The position numbers and the translations under genes are program-made. The notes beneath the pieces were generated by a model. The model did no database searches and was not told the DNA's origin. It worked only from the letters and a program-made list of their open reading frames with translations. A stretch of 64,000 bases of DNA from positions 22,692,001 to 22,756,000 of the forward strand of contig NC_086106.1 of NCBI RefSeq assembly GCF_963921235.1, in the 5' to 3' direction. Shown in pieces: positions 1 through 14,749 of the stretch. Source of the DNA: Mobula hypostoma. Its lineage: Eukaryota. Within the stretch, counting starts at the first letter, position 1, and each line of letters opens with the position of its first letter.

Positions 1-2290
1 AACAAAGTAATAGGTTAAAATGCAGTACTGAAGAGTGCTCAGCACACAACCTTGAGGCACGCGGGTGTTGAGGGTGAGAATGGAGGAGGATTGGTTGTCT
101 AACGTAACTGATTGGGGTCTGCTAGTCAGGAAGTACAAGGTTCAATGGCAGAGTGATGAGCTGATACCAAGCTGGCGAAGTTTACTGATCAGATGGGAGG
201 GAATTGCAGTATTGAATGTCGAACTAAAGTCAATGAACACAATTCTGACGTAAGAGTAGGGGCTGTCCAGGTGGGTCAAAGCAGAGTGAAGTGCCGTGGA
301 GATGGCATCCTCTGTTGACCTGTCAGTGGGATTGGAAAATTGATGGGGGTCCACGGTCGTGGGCAGACAAGATTTCCGATATGTTAGAACAAATCTCTGA
401 AAACACTTTACAATGTTGAATGTGAGTGCAACTGTACGGAAGTTATTCAGGCCCGCGGCAGTGGACCGCTTCGGCACTAGTAGGATGGTGGCGATCTTAA
501 AGCCTGTGGGGGAAACTGCCTGGTCCCGGGACAGAATGAAAATGTTCTTGGGGACCTCGGCCAACTACTCTGTACAGACTCTGAGCACACGGCCAGGCAT
601 TCCATTCAGACCAGCTGTCTTCCGTACATTCACCCTGCTCAGGGTGGGGCAGACATCGGAGGTGGAAAGTGAGAGAGGCAGTTCACCGGGTGTGGAATCC
701 GCTTTGAGGGCGACCTCCTTGTTCTCTCGGTCAAAGCGAGCGGATAAGTAATTGAGCTCATCAGGGAGGGAAACAGAGCTGGAATGGGGCCAAATATTAG
801 TTGGTTTGAAGTCTTTAATGACCTGTATGCCATACCACATGCGCCTGGCATCTAAAGAGTTGAAATGCTCTTCGATTCTCTCTTTGCATATGTGTTTAGT
901 CTGAGGGATTCTCCTGCTCAGGTGGACCCTGGCTGAGATGTGAGCCTCACGGGCTCCAGACCTGAGCGCTGAATCTCTGGCTCTGAGTAGGAGGTGAACT
1001 TCTCTGTTCAGCCATGGTTTCTGATTGGGGAACGTTTTGTTTCTTTTCGCGATGCCACTCTATATACACACTAGTTGATGTGCTCAAGGACATAGTTGGT
1101 ATATAAATCAAGGTTAACCTGAGAGTCTTTGGTGGCATGTGTAGCAAACTCGCTCCACTCTGTGTGTTGCAATTGGTGCTGAAGAGCAGAATCAGCACCC
1201 TCCAGCCAGATCTTAATAGACTTCATTGTGGGTTTCCAACGTTTAATACCCGAGATATACTTGGGAAGCGTTTGCAATGAAAGACGGTCAGACTGTCCCA
1301 GGTGGGGGAGGATAGTTGATTTGTAAGCATCAGCCACATTTGTGTACACATGATCTAAAGGTTTATTACACCTGTTGGTTCATAACACATTTTGGTAAAA
1401 TCTTGGAAGCACAGTACGTAGGTTACAATGATTAAAGTCCCCAACGACAATAAAGACTCCGTCTGGATGCAATGTCTGCAGCTTGCCAGTTGCAGCACTG
1501 AGGTCTTTCATGGCTACATTCGCATTAGCATCCGGTGGAACATAAACTGCAACAGCAACGATGCATGTAAACTCTCGACGTTGATTAAAGGTCTACACTT
1601 AATAATCAGGTATTCCAGATCAGCAGAACAGCAAGTGTCAGCAGTCGCAGAGTTAGTACTCCATGAACGATTCACGTAGATGCATTAACCAGCTCCCCTA
1701 CTTTTACCTGTCGCTATTGCAGCTCTGTCAGCTCTGAAGACCGAGCGCCCTTCCAGTTCCACCAAGTAGTTTTGGACATCACTATTTAGCCACGTTTCCG
1801 TAAACAAAAACATGACGTTGCAATATATAAGCCTTCTTTGTGGAGGGTCTAAGTCCTTAGTTCTTCCAGCTTGTTTGTCAGAGATCGAACATTAGGAAGG
1901 AAGATTATTGGTAGCACTGCCCGGTGTGGTTTTAGCCTTAGCCTCGCACGCAGACCTCCACGCTTCCCCCGTTTTTGTTTACGGTCTCGACGCCGGCGCC
2001 GGGCCCTTCCGGTCGGAGCGATTTGAATGCAGGTCTCCGCTATGCCCTTACTAACTCCGGAAGTAGGTGGACGAAGTTGAATGGATAGTCCGAAACTGTG
2101 CTGGTGCATTGAGAGTTAATGACCAAAAGTGACTGTTTGTTGTAAGTGCAGTTCGCATAGCCGAATCGAGCGAACACGCAGGAAACAAGCAGATGAATTA
2201 ACAGCATTTTTCAAAATCTGGTAAAACACAGGGAGCCTCCCGATTCTTAGTCGCCGCCATTTGAATTGGTTTTGATTTGAGTTGAGTTGA
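1..2290 (-). mobile_element. Rex1/Babar-type non-LTR retrotransposon, decayed, running off the window start
   Basis: Minus-strand ORF pieces carry RT motifs (VPKRSTAAGLNNFRTVALT, NRSTEDAISTALHSALTHLD, VRIVFIDFSSTFNT; 142-564) and the APE-endonuclease start (GLRARLRLKPHRAVLPIIFLPNVRSLTNKLEELR; 1849-2109). Multiple frameshifts. Confidence 0.85.
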
Positions 2291-2299
2291 TTTAAGGTA

Positions 2300-5250
2300 G
2301 AGCCCTCGGAGCCAAGAAAAGAGCGCAAAACGCTCTCAGTCTGGGACCCTGGCCTTGAGATTACCGCTTCTTCGACGAATCTAAACTACTCCCTTCCAGA
2401 GACTGTGTGCCTAGCATTGCTGACAGACGTCTTGCAAAAGTGGCACTTCGCCAGGGAAAGATATAGCCCTTCAGATTTCAGACGGCCCAGCACATCCCGT
2501 GCAATCGCTTCCTAATCCTACAATGTGGACCCAAACATTATCAGGTCGTGCAGAAACAGCAAAACGTCACGAATGTTCATATCCCCCACCGTTTTCTCCA
2601 TGACACGCTGAATGTTCGCAGGACTGCGGGTATGCTTTGGGGCATCTCTTCGAACTACAACAATCTCAAAAGTCAAATAAATGCCGTCTTCTCGTTCTCA
2701 GCCTCACACATGGGGATCTGTTAGTATCCACTCCTCAAGTCCAGAACACTGATCCACTACGCTCCGATCAAACAGGCCAGCGATCCTTTGGACCGTTTAC
2801 TGGTCGGGACGTTACGTCTGCTCATACTCCAGTAGTCCACACACATCCATACCTCCAATTCTGCTTCCTGACCACGACAATTGAGGGCGCACAGGGGCTT
2901 CTTGACCCAATGATAATCCCAGCTTCCTTCAATTTACACAAATTGTGCCTGACGTCGGTCACGACCTATCTCTGAACGGGGTGTGCTCCGTTACCCGGAT
3001 AGTGGGACGAGTGCTCTTGGACAGACACCCATCAAACGTGTCAGCGGAAAAGACACCTTCAACTTTCTTCCAACCCAGAAGTACCGGGGAGTCCCAAAGC
3101 TTGACTGACAAAGCGATCAACTATGTACTTTTTCGGATAGTTTCTCTCGCGTTTGTTTTACTGCGACACTGGATATTACTGTCACCGAGAAAAAAAGATG
3201 GGCATTGGGCAGCCTCCGCTTGAAGGTGACCCCCCACTTCGTAGTGTTGCTCACAGTCAATGCTATCCTGTTCGCCTCTACAACCGAAGATTTCTGCATT
3301 CCGGGCCTCACCAGTATTCAAAAAAAAACAAAAGTCCCTACTCTCCCTCGTAGTTTGACGGATCACCCAACAAGAGACCACCACATTAGGGCATTCCGTA
3401 AAATTTGTGTTTTCAATTATTCTCGCTTCTTCCCTGGGCCGTAACGGATAATGAGCTCAGGAAGTTTTCTCTGGCTTTCTCCTTGTAACCTCCCATGCGG
3501 CTCCGCACATTAGGAGTGTTGCTACCCATAACAATTAAAACATCGCCTTTCTGTACGGGGTCCGGGCAAACTAGTGCTAACGTATCAAGCACATGAGCAA
3601 CGGTACAGCAAAGTAATCTGCGAACCTGTGTCAAGTATGGCTGTCGCATAAAACTCTGTATCTGTAGCGATACACTTGAGCTTAGCCCCCAAAAGGCTTA
3701 AGGAAAATGTTTTTTTTTTTTTTTTTTTGCTTCGGTGTGTTTCTTCATATGTTACAGGAAATGTGTTCCATCCGATGTCCCAGGCCGTCCCACACTGCGT
3801 CTCTTTAAAGTATTTCCAACGACTCCCTTTGCTTAGCTACCCGGATTCTCACTCTCCGAGTGGTTTCCCGTCGTTCAATCTCCCGACTGAAAGCAATCTG
3901 ATCACCAAGTTATACCAGACAAATCCGACCACTCGCCTTCTCTGCTTAGAATATCCTCCTCCCTGTCAGCTCCTTCTTACGTGGGGATGGAGCACACCCG
4001 CTGATAACAACAGGGACATCTAAGTTCTCAACTCTGCCACAATCTGCTCTACCACTCCCCGGGGCAAGCCATCCGTGGTCACTTCGCCGCAGCGGAGGAC
4101 GGGCCCGTCATTCGAGACAATCGAAGACCATAAGCGATCAGGTTCAGAGAGTGGGCGCCTTCCTCTATTTGGTCCACCATTAAGCCATCTGTTAGTCCCT
4201 CTGCGCCACAATCAATTTAGTTGCCTCTCTTGCAGTAAGAATTAGGCATGAAATTTTTGTCCCTTCTCCTTACACATGTTCTGAAACCCCGTCATGGACT
4301 ACATTGGGTTTCCCGTCGTCGCACCAAACACCTTATCTCGCGGTCACGTGTAGGCAGACGAAATGGCAAAATGGGTGTGTGCTTTTACGACTCTCACAAC
4401 GACAGCAGCCTGCCCACTCGAACTTTCAACCAATCGTTGTTGTTTTACGTCATCTGAGCACTGCCACTCATCTAACAATTCAGAGTTCTGTTCTGCCCAA
4501 TTCTCATACTCCTCTTACCATTCAGGGGTGTGCTTCGTGTCTGGGAAAAGACGAAACGACGATAGCTGACAATTTGAACTCTAGGATTGTTTTCATTTAT
4601 TCGCCAGAGAAGTAAGGGCCGATGCTAACTCATATTTTCTTTCCTCCTCACTGGCGGCGGGGACTCATTAGATATTCCAAATCAGACCACAGCTTCCTCT
4701 CGCTAAAGCAGAAACAGGAGAACCCTGGCATCGAAGCCTTCGCCTTTATCCGCGGACGTCTTGACTCGCAATTTTACCCTTTCCCTTACACTCTCTTCTT
4801 CCGGGCTGGTATTGAGAGCCCACTGCTACGCCTGTCCTGGGATCCCTATAGTACCAGGCAGAGCCACTGCCGTAACATCAGCGCTAGTCCGAACCAAAAC
4901 AAAGTCTGTGCCTGTCATATATCAAATCTCTACCCCCGAATCGTACCTTTATCTACAGCTTTGAAAGTATTTAAATGTCAAACTAACAATTCATTGGGAG
5001 TACGAATATATACCTCTCTCAATACGCCCGCATTCCTTACCGGTAACCCAGTGGAATAACACCACCGCTCAACCCTGAAGGCATCCATCTTAGTATAAAT
5101 ATGAACACACAAACCACTTATTCAATACTCAGGGCAATCACACAGCTTCCAACGAAATCAATCCCGAAAGATACCCCCACAAATGTAACACTCAGGGTCT
5201 TTCAGCAGCGCAAGTCTAGGGAAGACACCTTCTGATCCCACAATATGTAT
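2300..5250 (-). mobile_element. Ty3/Gypsy LTR retrotransposon remnant (PNMA-like gag, protease region, RT)
   Basis: Manual minus-strand translation near 4380-4530 gives EEYENWAEQNSELLDEWQCSDDVKQQRLVES (PNMA-type gag). ORF 3413-3649 has DTLALVCPDPVQKGDVLIVMGSNTP. The 2400-2800 region resembles Gypsy RT (QRVMEKTVGDMN, LHDLIMFGSTL). Heavily disrupted. Confidence 0.75.
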
Positions 5251-6194
5251 GAGATTGAGGTGCAAAACCTCCTGTTTCCGTTGATGCTGCGTGATATTTT
5301 ACCCTTTGGCAAATCCGTATCACGAAATAAAAGACATCATATGCAATTAAACGATTTAGCTTTAAAATTCATAATTTCACAGAAGTTTTAGTAAAGTAAG
5401 ACAAAAAGCACCTATTTTAATGAAGCAGTCAAACCTGCACAAGTTGGAGCTCACAGTTTCCCGTCCGTTGCCTCTTCATCGATTTCCGTGGGCTTGGTCG
5501 ACTCTCGCCGCACTCCAAGTCCAGTACTTTCTGTTGTCTATGACCTTTCCTTCATGGCATCTTCTTTCTCCATCTTCCGCCGAACAAATCTCCTCGATCA
5601 CCTCGGTTGTTGGCACACAGCCAGAAAAAAAAAATAGATAAACACTCCGCGCATTATCCAGAATTATAGCCAAAGCACTGCTGCTACAAAGAAAAATGTT
5701 ACATTAGTAGTGAAACCTTTCCCAGTGTGTTATAAAAGTACTCAGATATACACTGATCTTGCTCAAAAGACAATAAGATATGGAGCAGAAGTATGCCATT
5801 CGGCTCTTCGAGACGGCTCCGGCATTCAATCGTGGGCTGATCCAATTCTGCCAGTTATCTCCACTCCACTGCTTTCATCCCATGTGTTTCCATGCCCTGG
5901 TTAACCAAGAACCTGTTTATCTCTGTTTGAAATAAACTTAGTGACTTGGCTTCCATAGCTGCTTGTGGCGACAAATTCCAGAAATATACCATTCTTTGAC
6001 TATTAGCGATGTCAAGAAAAGTAAGTCGTCAAGCAGGAATCTGACTACAGCGAAGAGGGAACATATCGTTGGTGAATATTGGCAAAGAGACATCAGTGCT
6101 ATGCGCCAGTAGATAAGGCGCTGCAGTGGAGCAATATTTGCAGACTTCATCAAAATGAGAATTGGATATAACGATCGTTTGTAATGGTATAGAA

Positions 6195-9100
6195 AACAAG
6201 ACCATAAGACCATAAGACAAAGGAACAGATATCGGCAATTCGGCCCAACGAGTCTGCTCCGTCATTTTATCATGAGCTGATCCATTCTCCCATTTAGTCC
6301 CATCCCCCGCCTTCTCACCATAACCTTTGATGTCCTGGCTACTCACATACCTATCAATCTCAGACATAAATAGACATAATGATTTGGATGCCACTGCCGC
6401 CCGTGGCAACAAATTTCATAGATTCACCATCATCTAGCTAAAATCTTCGCATTTCTGTTCTGAATGGGTGCCCTTCAATCCTTAAGTCATGCCCTCTCGT
6501 ACTAGAGTATAATGGGAAACAACTTTGCCACATCCACTCTATCCATGCCTTTCATTACCCGAAATGTTGCTATGAGGTTGCCCTCATTCTTCTAAATTCC
6601 AAAGAGTACAGTTCAAGAGCAGAAAAACGTTCCTCATATGTTAATCCTCTCATTCCCGAAATCATTCTAGTGAATCTTCTCTTTACCCTCTCCATCGTGA
6701 GCACATCTTTTCTTAAATAAGGAGACCAAAACTGCCCACCGTACTCCAAGTGAAGTCTCCCCAGCGCCTTATAGTCCCACAACATCACATACCTGCTCCT
6801 ATACTCTTTTCCTCTAGAAATGAACGCCAACGTTGCATTCACCTTCAACACCACCGACTCAAACTAGAGGTTAACCTTAAGGGTCTCTTGTACGAGGACT
6901 CCGAAGCCCCGTTGTATCTCAGAACTTTGAATACTCTCCACATTTAAATAATAGTCTGCCCGCTTATATCGTATGCCAAAGTGCATAACCATACACTTTC
7001 CAAAACTGTATTTCATTTGCCACTTCTTTGCCCATTCTTCCAATCTGTCCAATTCTCTCTACAGACTCTCTGTTTCCTCAGCACTACCAGCCCCTCCACC
7101 TATCTTCGTATCGTTAACAAAATTAATCACAAAGCCATCTATTCCATAATCCAAACCGTTGATGCACAATGTAGAAGAAGCGGCCCCAACACCAACCCCT
7201 GTAGAACACCACTGGTAACCAGCAGCCAACCAGAATAAGATACCTTTATTCCCACTCTCTGTTTCCTGCCAATCAGCCAATGCTCTATACACATATGTAA
7301 CTTTCCCGTAATTCCATGGGCTCTTATCTTGTTAAGTAGCCTTATGTGTGGCACCTTGTCAAAGGTCATCTGAAAATCCAAATATACAACATCCACTGCA
7401 TTTCACTTGTCCAGCCTACTTGTAATTTCTTCAAAAAATGTAATAGGTTTGTCAGACAGGATTTCCCTTTAAGTAATCCATGCTGAGTTCTGCCTAACTT
7501 GTTATATGCCTCCAGGTACACCGTAACCTCACCCTTAACAATCGTCTCCAACAACTTACCAATCACCGATGTCAAGCTAACAAGTCCATAATTTACTTTT
7601 TGCTTCCTCGCCCCCTACTTAAATAGCGGAGTGACATTTGCAATCTTCCAGTCCTCAGGAACCATGCCAGAAGCTATCGACTTTTGAAAGATCACTGCTA
7701 ATACCTCCGCAATTTCCATAGCTACTTCCTTCAGAATACGAGGATGCAATGGATCTGGTCCGGGTGATTTATCTACCTTTAGACTATTCAGTTTCCTGAG
7801 TACTTTCTATGTCGTAATTGTGACCATGCACACTCCTCTTCCCTGCCATCCTTGAATGTCCGGTATACTGCTGATTTATTCCTCAGTGAAGACTGATGCA
7901 AAATACACGTTCAGTTCCTCCGCCATCTCCTTATCTCCCATTACAATTTCTCCAGCTTTATTTTCTATCAATCCTATATCTACTCTCTCCTGTCTTTTAC
8001 ATTTTATATACTTGAAAAAGCTTTTAGTATCCTCTTTGATATTATTTGCTAGCTTCCTTTAATAGTTAATCTTTTCCCTCTTAATGACCTTCTTAGTATC
8101 CTGTTGTGAGATTTTAAGAACTTCCCAATCCTCTGTCTTCCCAATATTTTTTGCTTCCTTGTATGTCCTCTCCTTTGCTTTAAATTTGGCTTTGACTTTT
8201 CTTGTTAGCCACGGTTGCATCCTTTTCTTATTCGAAAATTTCATCGTTTTTGGAATATACCTGTTTTGCACCTTTCTCACTTCTCGCATAAACTCCAGCC
8301 ACTGCTGCTCTGCCGTCCTTCCCGCCAGTGTCCCTTTCCAGTCAACTTTGACCGGTTCCTCTCTCATGTCTCTATAACTTCATTTACTCCACTGAATTAC
8401 CAACTCATCAGATTTCGGCTTCCATTTTTCAAATGTCACAGTGAACTCAATCATCTTACGATCACTGCCTCCTAAGGGCTCCTTCACCTCAATCTCTCTA
8501 ATCACCTCCGGTTCTTTACACAATACCCAATCTAGTATAGACGATCCCTTGGTGGGCTCAACAACAACCTGTTCTAAAAAGCCATCTCGCAGACATTCTA
8601 CAAATTCTCTCTCTTGAGATCCAGTGCCGACCTGATTTTTCCAATCCACTCGCACGTTAGAATCCCCACAATTATCATAACATTGCCCTTCTGATATGCC
8701 TTTTGTATTCCCTGTTGTAATTTGTAGTCCACATCACTGTATCTGTTTGGAGGACTGTTAATAACTGCCATCAGGGTCCATCTACCCCTGCGATTTCTTA
8801 GCTCAACTCATAAAGATTCTGCACCTTCCAATCCTATATTATCTCTTTCTAATGATTTAATATAATTTCTTACCAATAAAGTCACTCCTCCCCCTTTGCC
8901 TACCTGCCTATCCTTCCGGTACACCGTGTATACATGGACGCTCATCTCTCAAAGACATGGATCCTTTAGCCACGTCTCAGCGATGGGCGCAACATCATAC
9001 CTGCCAATCTGTAGCTGTACGACAAGATCATAAACCTTATTCCTTATGCTGCGTGCAATTAAATATAACACCTTAAGACTAGTATATATTTTTAAACATT

Positions 9101-9725
9101 CGCTTTGATTTCACTGCAACTTTATTGCACTACAACTCATCCCAATGTCTACAAATTTGCCCCATCACCTGCCTGTCTTTCCTGACATCTTTACTGCTCA
9201 CTATCTCAGATTTACCTCTGTTTTCCCCTCCCTGCGCTCTATCATTCCGGTACCCACCCACCCCCCCCCCCCGACAAAGTAGTTTAAACCCTCCCTAAGA
9301 GCTCTATTAAACCTTCCCACCAGGATATTGGTCCCCTTCGGGTTCAGATGTAAGCTATCCATTTTGAACAGGTCAACTTTCCCCAGAAGATATCCCAATG
9401 ATCCAATAATCTGAAGCCCTGCCCCCTGCACCAGTCTCTCAGCCGCGCATTCATCTGCCCGATCCTACTATTCTTGCCTTCGCTAGCACGTGGCACAGGT
9501 AGCAATCAAGAGATTACTACCTTAGAGGTCCTGCTTCTCAGCTTCCTTCCTAAGTCCCAGCAATCTTCTTCAGGACATCTTCCCTGTCCTTTCTATCTTG
9601 TTGGTACGAACATGTACCAAGACAACTGGCTGCTTGCCTTCTCCATTCAGAATATTCTGGACCCGATCCGAGACATCCCGTACGCTGGCAGCTTGGAGGC
9701 AATACACCATACGGGTATCTAAAAT
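6195..9725 (-). mobile_element. CR1 LINE, near full length, inactivated
   Basis: Short-repeat 3' tail (cataagac)n at about 6200. RT fragments include MDVVYLDFQMTFDKVPH and SGVLQGLVLGP. APE fragments include FVECLRDGFLEQVVVEPTKGSSILDWVL. ORF1 esterase-like DLFKMDSLHLNPKGTNIL at 9201-9431. Confidence 0.9.
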
Positions 9726-9919
9726 AACTGTTAGTGGGCCGCAGCTGTGTTACTGTGTGAACATTTTCTCATTAATTCGAAGAACGAACGTGATTGTAAT
9801 AGAGAAGGTGTTAAGTCGGGATGCTAGGTTATTGAAATAAACCAGTACATAATATAAAAACCAGCAGTATATATTTTTTTTAAATGATTATATAAAGACG
9901 AGAGGTTTAGCTAAAATGG

Positions 9920-11660
9920 ACTTTGATCCCTTTGGGGACGAGAAAGGGGAAGTGATTGAAGGCAAGGGGGAAATGACTGAGGCTATGAACGACTATTCTG
10001 TGTCAAGTTGCACGTTGCAGGACACAACTCACATGACCAGGAGAAATGTTATGGATCCAAAGGGAGTTTAAGACTTCGATATAACGGTTAGAACAAAACA
10101 GTTAGTTCTGAGCAAAGATCTGGGCCTGAAGGTATATAAATCACCTGGTCCTGATGAAATGCATCCCAGAGTACTGAAATTAATGGTAAGTATTCTAGTA
10201 GAGGCTTTTGTGATATTTACCAAAGCTTAGTGAATACTGGGCAGGTCATAGCGGATAGGAAGACAACGAATATCACGCCACTGTTTGAAAAGGTACGCAG
10301 GCATAAGGGTAACTATATGCCAGGTGAATAACACCTGTACTTGGGAAAATGCTTGAAATTATCATTAAAGAATAAGAGAGGCATCTGGAAAGAAATTGAT
10401 CCTTCAGCCAGGCACAGCATTTATTCAGCAAAGGCAAGTCCTACTTGATAAACTTATTGGGGTTCTTTGAAAATATAACTAGTGCAGTGGATACAGAGGA
10501 ACAGATGGACGTTATCTGCTTTGATTTCCGACAGCGATCGAGAAGGTGCCGCATAAAAGAGTTATCCCTAATATAAGGAAGCGTAAATTTTCTGATGTGT
10601 TAGCATGGATGGAACATTGGATAGCAAGTAGATAGCAGAGAGCTGTGGGGATACATGTTTGTTACCCTAGATCAGAATCGGTGGTCAGCGGTGTGCTGCA
10701 GGGTTAGCTACTGAGCCCACAACTTTTCAATGATCTGGATGTGGGGACTGAGTGTAGTCTATCTGAGTTTGTTGATGATACTAAATTGAATGGAAAAGCA
10801 ACTTATGCAGAACACACGGAGAGTCTGCAGAAAATAAAGATAGGTTAGGCGAGTGGGCAAAATACTGCCAGATCAAGTACATTGTTTGTAAATGCGAGGT
10901 CATCCACTTTGTAAGGCAGAATAAAAGAAAAAAATATTATTTAAATTATAAAAATGCAGCATGTCGTTATGCAGACGGAGTTGGGAGTGATTATACATGA
11001 ATCACAAAAGTTTTCTTGCTTGTTCAGCAGGTTATCAAGAAGCCAGATATAATTGTCGGCGTTTATTGCAAGCATGATTGAATTTAAGAGCAGGGAGGTA
11101 ATGCTGCGACTGTGGAGGGTACTACTGAATCTGCAATTGGAGTACTGGATGCAGTTCTGGTCTCCTTACTAGAGGAAGGAGATATTGGCTATGGAGGCGA
11201 TGCAGAGGAGATTCACGAGGTTGCTTCCAGAGTTGAGGCGCTTAGACTATGAAGACAGATTGAAGAGCCTGGGAAAGTTGATCGCCGGAATTCAGAAGAA
11301 TGAGAGGAGTCCTTATCGAAACATGTAAAATTATGAAAAGGATGGATAAAATTCAGGCAGGAAAGTTGTTACCACAGGTGGGTGAGACCAGAACAGCGCA
11401 CACATACCCTCAAGATTCAGAGGAAGAGATGTAGGACTGCTGAGAAAGAAATGGCTTTCACAGATGCTGGTGAGACTGTTAAATTATCTGCCCAATGAAG
11501 CACTGGAGACTTCCTTGGTAAATATTTTCAAGATACGGTTAGATAGATTTCTGCATTTTAGGATAATTAATGATTATAGCGTAAAGGGCAGGTAGGTGGA
11601 AATCAGACCATGACCAGATCAGCCATTATATTATTCACTGGCGGAGCAGCTTCTACAGGC
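9920..11660 (+). mobile_element. Old, strongly decayed CR1 ORF2 fragment
   Basis: Recognisable remnants of SPGPDEMHPRVLK, YWMQFWSPY and MQRRFTRLLP, followed by a CR1-like 3' UTR. No long ORF. Confidence 0.7.
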
Positions 11661-11949
11661 CAGCTACTTACCCAAGATTCACCTTCCTGTGTTGTTTTGT
11701 TCTTTTTAATTTCAAAAGGAACTCCATCGTAAATGCACATTTGACTCTTTAAGATTAATCGGCGCAGAAATACCGAATCAAAAGTGGTTTCACTGTGGGG
11801 ATATCGGCCTGGATTGATTTCCTTGAACTCTCTGTGATTGTCCAAAAAAAAATTATTAAGTAGATTTGTGTTTAAGCCCGTTTTAAAATATACTCAGGGA
11901 AGGTGATAAAGTCGCGTGTTTAAAGACACCGAAGGGGTTAAGCGTTGGT

Positions 11950-13650
11950 GGGTTTAAGACATTGCCTTTGACTAATGCTTGTGTTCTGACAGATGTGAAA
12001 ACCGCAACGGCAATTTATTATTGATTAAGGTTTAAAATCGCTGTATTATGAAAGAAATGTTCGATCATGGAACGTTAGTTTGATAGAACAGCGCTGAAAG
12101 GTGGCATGTTTGAGCAGACAAGCGCTGAAGTAACGGGAGAGGATCTATCTAATATCATTTTGAGTACCAGCAGATGCGAGGACAAGGGCCGTCCATACTT
12201 TTGGAAAGAGCGCGGAGTTGGCAAATGTCCCGAATTGGAAGTCGAGTCTCCAGCAGATGAAGGCGGGGACAGTAAATAAATGTTCATATTTCTGCGGTTT
12301 GAGGGGATAGAATTGACTCCTGTGATAGGTACAATGATCGTTTCAGCAGCTGATTTACATTCTGAGTTCAGTTTGGTAATTGCATCACTGGTCGGTAAAT
12401 GCAGATGTACATTTCAACGTGCCAAATTTATTTTGTGCTGGCAATGTTCCCTGGAGTCAATCCCACACCAGATGGGGAAGAAGAATACGAGGCTGGGTCT
12501 CAGCAGGTTTTTCAGTTCCTGCATGAATGCCAGTGCTCGGATAATATGAAACAAGTTGAGACTTCTAGGCTGCTTAAAAGGTGAAGGCGCGGATATAATG
12601 AGTTTACCTGAGACAGCAAATCCTTTAGCTGCGAAATCTAATTATATGCAATATCTGGAGGATGCGTTCGGCTACCGGAAGTGCAGCAGACCTTAGGCTA
12701 CAGTTTAGGCACATATTCCAGGAGGAAATAGAGAAGATATTTCCCTATATTTACAGGTGGGAGCAGCCGCTGCACAGTTTGTGCCACAAAGGTGTCAAAG
12801 AACATTCTGAGGTAAATTGCTTGAGGATAGAGTAAGTGGTGAAAGGCGCTTTGTCACAGGACATGATTACTCTACATATTCGAATGACCCACAAGATGTA
12901 ACCTACCCCATTGTTTTACTAAGCTTCTCGAGGAAGCTAGACAGTAAAAACAATGGATGGAAGAGGGAGAGTCCTCCGGATGCAGAGCAGAGTCCTCGGT
13001 ATAGCCACTTTGGCTAATGCGACCCATGATGTCGCACAACCGGGGGTTTTGAAGGAAGTCGAGAGTGATCGGATGGTCGATGTATTTCGGACAATAGCGA
13101 TTGGTGCTGCCACCAAGACAGAGACAGGCGATAGTAGGCCAGACTCATTGTTGAAGGCACCAAGGCTAGAGCTGCTACTGAGCTGAGATGATCTTTGCAC
13201 ACGAAGATACGTTTTCCACTGATGGGTGTTAATCTCGAAGTTCATCACACACTACTGGAACAACTCAGCGCTCCCTTTTCCGAGAGTTGCTACTTTGGGT
13301 AGCACCAAAGGAGATGAGGATCTTCGGCTACTATAGCTTTAACTAATGGAAATTAACTTTTGTCATGGATAAGAGTGATCTGAGCCGGAGGAAGACACGC
13401 GTTATAGGCAGGAAAATCACTCTGTTGTAGACAGGAAGAGTAGAAAGAGGTGCTTAAAGCTGAGGGAGGTAAGCATGGAGGGGGAGCAGGGTGTTGCATC
13501 TATCCCCCTAGTCTGATGTGTCTCTGCCATTCAAAAATAGATTGGAGGTCCGGACACCGCAAAATTCCTTTCAAAACTGTGTTATCAATTATGAGTTGAC
13601 AAGTTTCAATGTCATGAGAACACGTCGCTTTGGTAGGGGCAGAGTGTAAC
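11950..13650 (+). mobile_element. Decayed Ty3/Gypsy gag (PNMA-like) fragment
   Basis: ORF 12399-12584 contains FPGVNPTPDGEEEYEAGSQQVFQFLHECQCSD. Downstream is GSAADLRLQFRHIFQEEIEKIFPYIYRWEQPLHSLCHKG. Both are typical of PNMA-type gag. Confidence 0.65.
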
Positions 13651-14749
13651 ACCCCGGTTAAATTTTTTACTTCAATACCGTAGGAATTTATTTTTTGCAT
13701 TTCGGTAAAAGTCGTCCGATCCTGTTTTCAGCCTACGTTGGAATTGAACTGGAGATAAAGGCCTTTGATGTTCAACTTACGGAAGTGGTGTTACTGAAAC
13801 ACGATGGTGGAATTGGGTGAAAATCTGGAGAATGCTGGCGGAGGAGTTTTATGATGCATGTTGTTGGGCGCGGGGGTCATATTTAGTGGAATCTTGGAGA
13901 AGGCAAGACGGAAAATGGCTGAGTACGGCACCCCTGCTGCATAAGTTGCTTTGTGCAGATCAGATGTTTCAGGGAAGGAGGTCTAATACTCCCGTGGAAA
14001 ACCCGTTCGAATGAGATCGATTTCGAGCAATAATCGAAAAGGATGATGTGCGTTCACGTAGACGAGAATCCAAGTACCTGAATGAGAGTAATGTTAAAGT
14101 TGAGCTGCAATCTAAGTGGAAAATCGGTCTTTCTATTCTTTCTCTCTTTTCTCTGATAAAAAAATACTTCACTTAACATTCATAAATATACTTTTTTTAA
14201 CTGTATGTAGTGTACGATCTGTTATTTCTTACCAACGGGCGATTGGCGTTGGCAGTATATCACACCGCATTCACGAAAATCAGCGTTTATTTGGGCGAGG
14301 ATTCTGTACTTCAACGATTTGGTGGGACCAGAGTCGGATACAGGGAAGACGTGTGAAGACTGACAAGGTGGGTTTCTCGTGTCGCAGTCCAGCGTCCGTT
14401 AACAGACGCCAACGTACCACATATCCAAAGACGCCAAATAGAAATGAGTTTAATTTTCCATCCAAGACTGTCTTGCATTGGCCTGGTTTTATGTTCCCTC
14501 TCAGCGCTATTATTTCTTTTTTCTCTAATAAAAGCCAGGAAAAGATAAATACAAAAAAACAAACAAACAATCAAACAAACAAACAATAAACAGTTTCTAA
14601 CCCGATGAAGTCACAGGCCATGTGTTCAGCAACTGCCCAGACCAACATGTGAGGAAGCCCACAATGTTGTGCCGAACGTGGAATCTAGAAACTGCCCAGA
14701 ATCCCAAAACAGCACAGCTCTCTAGTTTTCTAAGCTCCATGTACCAATT

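Noticed and set aside
5590-5660. Leader-like reading MRGVFIYFFFLAVCQQP on the minus strand
   Set aside because: Hydrophobicity comes from a poly-T run, the splice phase is wrong, and no V exon follows.
11990-12210. V-like words TAIYY* and YQQMRGQGP
   Set aside because: They are in the wrong order for a V domain, have no RSS, and the region is better explained as Gypsy gag.
14290-14301. FGRG, a J-segment-like motif
   Set aside because: No T-x-L-x-V continuation, no upstream RSS and no splice donor.
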